A stretch of 10,931 nt of DNA from Methanobacteriota archaeon (GTDB lineage: Archaea; Thermoplasmatota; Poseidoniia; Poseidoniales; Poseidoniaceae): assembly GCA_018650165.1 (NCBI GenBank), contig JABIGM010000036.1, positions 1 to 10,931 on the forward strand. Reading direction: 5' to 3'. Positions 6,324 to 10,931 of the stretch are shown piece after piece; the stretch's first letter is position 1, and each line of letters opens with the position of its first letter. The notes below the pieces were generated by a model. It was not told the origin of the DNA. It made no database searches and saw only the letters and a list, made by a program, of their open reading frames with translations. The position numbers and the translations under genes were made by a program.

Positions 6324-6641
6324 ATGGAGATGCTCGGTCCAAAGGACTGGGAAGATTTTCTATCTGCGCCAATCGCTGTATTGATGTTGGGTAAAACCGA
6401 CTGTGCAGCCTGTGAAGAGTGGACAGTTGAACTGCTGAACCACGAAATTCCAGAAGGTGTCAGAATCGGAAAGATTCTTCTCGATAAGCCAGGATATGGT
6501 CGATTCAAGATCGCTCATGATTGGGTTGCTAATGTTGACGTATTACCATTCAATGCAATCTATGTCAATGGTGAAATGAAGAAGCAATGGGCTGGAGGCG
6601 GCATGGAACGCTTGCAGACTAGGCTGAATCGATTCATTTGA
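6324..6641 (+). CDS. Thioredoxin-fold protein with CAAC active site
   Basis: VLMLGKTDCAACEEW (CxxC after a beta strand), cis-Pro loop VDVLPFNAIYVNGE, about 105 aa. GGTGAT at 6314-6319 favours the ATG at 6324 or 6330 over the GTG at 6315. Confidence 0.85.
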   Translation: MEMLGPKDWEDFLSAPIAVLMLGKTDCAACEEWTVELLNHEIPEGVRIGKILLDKPGYGRFKIAHDWVANVDVLPFNAIYVNGEMKKQWAGGGMERLQTRLNRFI

Positions 6642-6686
6642 ATTGTTAACAAACAACAATACAGGTAATGCATTTCGAAGCGGTTA

Positions 6687-7538
6687 GTGTACTCTGTACT
6701 TCTAGCTGCTTTATTCGCCGGCATAGTGGCAATTCTAGTCACTGTAGCCATTGAGAAATGGGGTGGAATCATTGGAGGAATACTTGGTACTCTTCCTACA
6801 ACCATCGTTCCAGCAACAATCGGAATGTATGTTGAAGGAGGTTCTGATGATCTTGCTACCAGCATGTCACTGATTCCATTTTGGATGCTACTCAATGCTC
6901 TTTTCGTTGCTTCTTGGGTTGTTTATCCTAGAATGAAAGAAGGAGTAACGCTCGCTCAAATGACAGTGGTTTCACTTGGATTCTGGTCTGTTTTGGCTAT
7001 ACTGATGACGATTTCATTAACAGAGGCTCTCAATTATTTTTCAGAGAATGCTGTTGGTGTTGCCGGATTGGTTGCGTTACTTGGGCTTGGTATCTGGATG
7101 ACCTGGGTTCCACAAAAAGCACCAAAGGGAACGAATTCTGTAACAGTGAAGGTACTAATGATGCGCGGATTGGCTGCTGCAACTGCCATCGGAATTGCAG
7201 TTCAATCATCCAGTATGGGCCAGCCAATCATTGCTGGCTTAGCTTCAGTTTTCCCAGCGATTTTCTTGACTACAATGGTAGCATTATGGATGGCTCAAGG
7301 CTCTGATGTTCCAACAGGCGCAGCAGGGCCAATGATGTTAGGGGGCTCTTCAGTGGCTGTTTATTCACTGATTGCGCCGTGGGCGTTACCAGAATATGGA
7401 ATTATTGTTGGCACTCTTATCTGCTGGTTTTCTGCAGTTGTTTCAACCTCAATTCCTGCCTATTCCTATCTCAGGTGGAGGCAATCAAAATTGATTATCG
7501 TTAATTCGTTAGACACCAGTCATACATCGATTGAATAA
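6687..7538 (+). CDS. Polytopic membrane protein made of two homologous halves (DUF3147-like)
   Basis: 283 aa, almost entirely hydrophobic, with roughly 9-10 TM segments by eye. Internal repeat GIIGGILGTLPTTIVPATIGMYVEGGSD versus PIIAGLASVFPAIFLTTMVALWMAQGSD. GTG start. The family label is from recall, not a search. Confidence 0.8.
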   Translation: MYSVLLAALFAGIVAILVTVAIEKWGGIIGGILGTLPTTIVPATIGMYVEGGSDDLATSMSLIPFWMLLNALFVASWVVYPRMKEGVTLAQMTVVSLGFWSVLAILMTISLTEALNYFSENAVGVAGLVALLGLGIWMTWVPQKAPKGTNSVTVKVLMMRGLAAATAIGIAVQSSSMGQPIIAGLASVFPAIFLTTMVALWMAQGSDVPTGAAGPMMLGGSSVAVYSLIAPWALPEYGIIVGTLICWFSAVVSTSIPAYSYLRWRQSKLIIVNSLDTSHTSIE

Positions 7539-7809
7539 TCGGTGCTAGTGATTCTGATTTTTCTGTTAATTTGTAGGAAATCGACTTTGAATCACTTACC
7601 TCGCGCTTCACTAACCCATATTCTTCAAGTTCATTCAACCGTCTTGAAACGGTTGTCCCCGATGAATCCACGCTAGATTTTAGTTTAGTGAAAATCAGTG
7701 AACCACTTGCTTTATGCAGTACCAAAAGAATGTGTAAAGACTTTGATTTTGTCAAAACCTCTAGAAGATCGTCAACCTTGGCATAAACTGGGTCGCATTC
7801 AATTTCCAT
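7501..7809 (-). CDS. HxlR/DUF24 (MarR-like) winged-helix transcriptional regulator
   Basis: 102 aa: LLEVLTKSKSLHILLVL...LIFTKLKSSVDSSGTTVSRRLNELEEYGLVKREV...SYKLTEKSESLAPIIQSMYDW matches the HxlR pattern (LxxRLxELExxGLVxR, YxLTxxG, LxPIL..L..W). Confidence 0.9.
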   Translation of the reverse strand: MEIECDPVYAKVDDLLEVLTKSKSLHILLVLHKASGSLIFTKLKSSVDSSGTTVSRRLNELEEYGLVKREVSDSKSISYKLTEKSESLAPIIQSMYDWCLTN

Positions 7810-7913
7810 ATCTAACCAACCCTACGATTCGTTGCTAATATATCACTGATTTCAATTATTAGTTACATCGCCGTTACCATATAGTTAATTCTTGAACTCT
7901 TCAGGGGGGGTTT

Positions 7914-10900
7914 ATGCAGAAGTTGGTAAGGTCGCCTGTATTGATTTCTTGCCTATTGGCTGCAACAATGCTAAGCGTGATGTTTTCGCCCATTATGACG
8001 CAAAGTCCCATTCTCGAAAATAGTACGGATAACTCGAGAAGCGATGAGTTCTCAACTTGGACACTATCTCCTACAACAGGACCGCATACTGGAGGGACAA
8101 ACCTCACATTAACGACTACCGGCCTTTCATCATATTTTGAAGAAAGTAATTGGGAAAATTTCACAATTGATTATTCTGCAGATGTAGGTAAATTCTCATC
8201 AGTAGCAGTCGATTCCAATGGTGAACTTCACATTTCATATCGGGATGCTACAAATGGGCATTTAAAGTACGCATCCAATGCAGGTGGAACTTGGACTAAC
8301 TATCCAATAGACAACGGCGGGGGATACATTGGTAGATACACATCAATTGACGTAGATTCCAACGATAATGTACACATCTCTTACGGTAACCTAAATTCTT
8401 GGGACCTAAAGTATGCGACAAATGTCGCTGGCTCGTGGAGTCGAAGTACAATCGACGATGGAGGCACTGGCCAAGCGGGTATGTACTCCTCGCTAGTAAT
8501 TGATTCAAATGATTTGATTCATGTTTCTTATTGGGGCCGAAATTCTGACCTTAAGTATGCTGCTAAATCAGCAAGCGGGGGAACTTGGGTAGATGAAATA
8601 GTTGAGTGGGGATATATCACGGGAGAATGGACTTCTATTGCGCTTGATTCAAACAATGAACCATTTTTTTCTCATGTGTCTGAAACACACGACCGTGTCG
8701 AAATAGGTTACAAGAGTGGCGGTTATTGGACTACACCGACTGTAGATTCTGGAAGTTCAGGTGAGATTGATAATGGTACATCTATAGCAATAGATTCCAA
8801 TGATGCCAAGCACATTGTCTACTATGATGAAGACAATGGCGATTTGAAGTATGCAGACTTCAACACTCAATCTAACCTATGGCAGAACACAGTTTTGGAT
8901 AGTACTGGCGATGTAGGCAAGTACCCTTCAATTGAAATTGATTCTCAGGATAATATCCACGTGGCATACTACGATAATGGAAATCAAGAATTGAAGTATG
9001 CATATTACGATGGTACTTCTTGGAGTTCCTCTACTTTGGATGAATCTGGAGGAATGCACCCATCTCTTACAATCGATGCAAATGATAACATCTACATTTC
9101 ATACTACGATGATACAAATTCAAACCTCAAGATGATACAAAACATCGTAAATTCGAACGACCCTCTCGGTGAGGTGTCAATCGAGTTTGTAGGCTATGGA
9201 AATGTAACTGGTACGGTACTAGATGATGAGACGATCACATTTTCATCTCCACCAGGTAATATCGATGGAGAAGTAGTAGATTTGGTAATTTGGCTGGAAA
9301 ACGGATCAAACGTCAATCTTCCTGTAAGCTTCGAATATGAAACATATGATTCAGACGGCGATGGCATTCCAAACACCTCTGACGATTGTCCTCAAACCTA
9401 CGGAGATTCCACAATTGACCAAACAGGATGTCCAGACTCAGATGGTGATGGATACAGCAATTCAGGAGATGCATTCCCTAATGAGCCTAGTCAATTCAGT
9501 GATTATGATGATGATGGATGTGGAGATAATCCATCTGGAGTAAATGCTGATGAATTCTCTTACGATACTACACAGTGTACAGATTCTGACTCAGACGGTT
9601 ACGGAGACAATCTTAGCGGAAACAACCCGGACCACTTCCCTTCAGATTCTAGTCAATGGAACGATACAGACGGTGATGGTTTTGGCGATAATCCTCTAGG
9701 AAACAACTCCGATAATTGCCCATCAGAAGCAGGGAATTCGACTATGCCTGGCCGAGGTTGCCTTGATTCTGATGGAGATGGATATGCTAACACATTCGAT
9801 GCATTCCCGTTCGATGCCAGTGAAACTCACGATACAGATAGTGATGGGGTTGGCGACAACTCCGACGCTTTCCCAGTAAATAGCATGGAACAATTCGATG
9901 CTGACGGAGATGGTGTTGGTGATAATGCAGATGCTTTCCCTGACGATGCCAATGAAACCAATGACAGAGATGGTGACGGTGTTGGAGATAATTCAGATGC
10001 TTTCCCTGATAATGCAAATGAATCCACAGATTCAGACGGTGACGGTATTGGCGATAATGCGGATGAATATCCTTTGGTTGACAATTTCATCGATTCTGAT
10101 GATGATGGAATCTTAGATTTACAAGACGCATTCCCGGGCGACGCAACTCAAACAAATGATTCAGATGGTGATGGATATGGAGATAACCTCTCAGGAAATA
10201 ATCCTGACCAATTCACGAATGTATCTACGCAATGGGCAGATACAGATGGTGATGGATATGGCGACAATTGGGGTAACTCATCTTGGAACTCTACACGCGT
10301 GATTGATTTCCCCGGAGAATTTGTTGAGAATGCAGAATTAGCTGACCATTGCCCAACTATTTCAGGCAACTCTACTGCGAATGACATCTTTGGCTGCCCA
10401 GATGGAGACGGCGATGGAATAGCAGATCAATATGACGAAGTAAATGGGTCAGCCGTAATAGAAGAAGAGCCTGAACAAGAAACCCAAGATGAATCAAGTT
10501 CTGAAGAAGAATCATACATAGATTCACTACTTTCTGGAAATACAGAAACTATTACTCAAACGGTTGGTTTCGGGGCTATATTACTTGCAGTCCTCGCTTT
10601 GCTACAAACCAATCTTGTAGCAGGTTTACTTCCTGATGCCTTTAGATGGGTTCAAGTTTTACGTCGCTCGAATAAACTTTCAAAAGAAGAAATCAAGGAA
10701 CTGAATTACCTTCAATCTCTTGTCCAAGCATACTACTATGATATTGAATCACTATTCGAAGAACTCGACCAACTTAGGTCTGACTTGACCGGTAGGTATA
10801 CCAATAACGAAATCAGCAAAAAGACCAGAGAAAAGATCGTGACATTGATTGAAGATTTGCAAACTATGGACTCTGATAAGATTGCATCTATTGCGAACAG

Positions 10901-10931
10901 TGAGGCCTATTTCGGCCTAGCAGAAACAACA
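7914..10931 (+). CDS. Large cell-surface type I membrane protein: signal peptide, IPT/TIG domain with inserted 7-blade beta-propeller, TSP3-like Ca-binding repeats, TM helix, cytoplasmic helical domain (3' end runs off the window)
   Basis: Hand translation gives 1006 codons with no stop, from MQKLVRSPVLISCLLAATMLSVMFSP (signal-like) to ...AYFGLAETT. TM segment VGFGAILLAVLALLQTNLVAGLL starts at about 10563. It is missing from the ORF track because there is no stop codon inside the window. Confidence 0.93.
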   Translation, partial: MQKLVRSPVLISCLLAATMLSVMFSPIMTQSPILENSTDNSRSDEFSTWTLSPTTGPHTGGTNLTLTTTGLSSYFEESNWENFTIDYSADVGKFSSVAVDSNGELHISYRDATNGHLKYASNAGGTWTNYPIDNGGGYIGRYTSIDVDSNDNVHISYGNLNSWDLKYATNVAGSWSRSTIDDGGTGQAGMYSSLVIDSNDLIHVSYWGRNSDLKYAAKSASGGTWVDEIVEWGYITGEWTSIALDSNNEPFFSHVSETHDRVEIGYKSGGYWTTPTVDSGSSGEIDNGTSIAIDSNDAKHIVYYDEDNGDLKYADFNTQSNLWQNTVLDSTGDVGKYPSIEIDSQDNIHVAYYDNGNQELKYAYYDGTSWSSSTLDESGGMHPSLTIDANDNIYISYYDDTNSNLKMIQNIVNSNDPLGEVSIEFVGYGNVTGTVLDDETITFSSPPGNIDGEVVDLVIWLENGSNVNLPVSFEYETYDSDGDGIPNTSDDCPQTYGDSTIDQTGCPDSDGDGYSNSGDAFPNEPSQFSDYDDDGCGDNPSGVNADEFSYDTTQCTDSDSDGYGDNLSGNNPDHFPSDSSQWNDTDGDGFGDNPLGNNSDNCPSEAGNSTMPGRGCLDSDGDGYANTFDAFPFDASETHDTDSDGVGDNSDAFPVNSMEQFDADGDGVGDNADAFPDDANETNDRDGDGVGDNSDAFPDNANESTDSDGDGIGDNADEYPLVDNFIDSDDDGILDLQDAFPGDATQTNDSDGDGYGDNLSGNNPDQFTNVSTQWADTDGDGYGDNWGNSSWNSTRVIDFPGEFVENAELADHCPTISGNSTANDIFGCPDGDGDGIADQYDEVNGSAVIEEEPEQETQDESSSEEESYIDSLLSGNTETITQTVGFGAILLAVLALLQTNLVAGLLPDAFRWVQVLRRSNKLSKEEIKELNYLQSLVQAYYYDIESLFEELDQLRSDLTGRYTNNEISKKTREKIVTLIEDLQTMDSDKIASIANSEAYFGLAETT
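8148..9140 (+). repeat. Seven ~46-49 aa beta-propeller blade repeats (coding)
   Basis: The consensus W...(I/V/L)D...G.Y.SI.IDSND..HISYY......LKYA occurs 7 times, for example GKFSSVAVDSNGELHISY, GRYTSIDVDSNDNVHISY and GKYPSIEIDSQDNIHVAYY. Confidence 0.9.
9348..10437 (+). repeat. Fourteen DxDxDG thrombospondin-type-3-like Ca-binding repeats, including 66-bp tandem units
   Basis: Motifs such as DSDGDGIPN, DTDGDGFGDN and DADGDGVGDNADAFP. Units start at 9765, 9831, 9897, 9963 and 10029 (66-bp period), then at 10092 and 10158. Confidence 0.92.

Noticed and set aside
6067-7227. ORFs 6067..6372 (-), 6320..6508 (-), 6560..6895 (-) and 7030..7227 (-)
   Set aside because: Antisense shadows of ahpC, the thioredoxin-like gene and the membrane-protein gene.
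7904-7910. G7 homopolymer just upstream of the surface-protein start as a possible phase-variation tract
   Set aside because: Only 7 nt, and its position fits a G-rich ribosome-binding site. There is no evidence of length variation without reads.
7810-7913. Possible HxlR operator (ATCAcTGAT; repeated GTTAC/TAGTTA) in the divergent spacer
   Set aside because: The palindromes are too short to distinguish from chance without comparative data.
9765-10160. 66-bp periodic DNA repeats as a possible CRISPR array or non-coding repeat
   Set aside because: The period is a multiple of 3, variation is concentrated at synonymous and variable residues, there is no repeat-spacer structure, and no cas genes are present. 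These are coding repeats.
7901-10387. Short ORFs in the track, including the repetitive SPxPSPSxS ORFs at 9827..10090 and 10148..10387
   Set aside because: They are reverse-complement or shifted readings of the DxDGDG repeats of the 7914..>10931 gene, so their periodicity is inherited.

Overview
Archaeal chromosomal segment, most likely from Marine Group II Euryarchaeota (Ca. Poseidoniales). This is inferred from the archaeal-type PGK (AHQSRPG motif), GGTGA/GAGG ribosome-binding sites, and a large acidic secreted protein with DxDGDG repeats. Left to right: pgk (minus strand, cut by the left edge); an orphan beta-class N4/N6 DNA methyltransferase; a 2-TM membrane protein; a tightly coupled three-gene operon (M24 Xaa-Pro peptidase, small C2H2-like zinc-finger protein, and a 261-aa protein that appears to carry three histone folds); a small membrane protein; a probable relic of a Ca-binding repeat gene; a thiol-redox cluster (2-Cys peroxiredoxin, CAAC thioredoxin-like protein, internally duplicated multi-TM protein, Cys-containing HxlR regulator); and a surface protein of more than 1006 aa cut by the right edge (7-blade beta-propeller inserted in an IPT/TIG domain, 14 DxDxDG repeats, TM helix, cytoplasmic helical domain). 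The two edge-truncated genes are absent from the supplied ORF track and were translated by hand. No tRNA, rRNA, CRISPR array or mobile element was seen. The strongest novelty candidate is the multi-histone-fold gene with its coupled zinc-finger partner.
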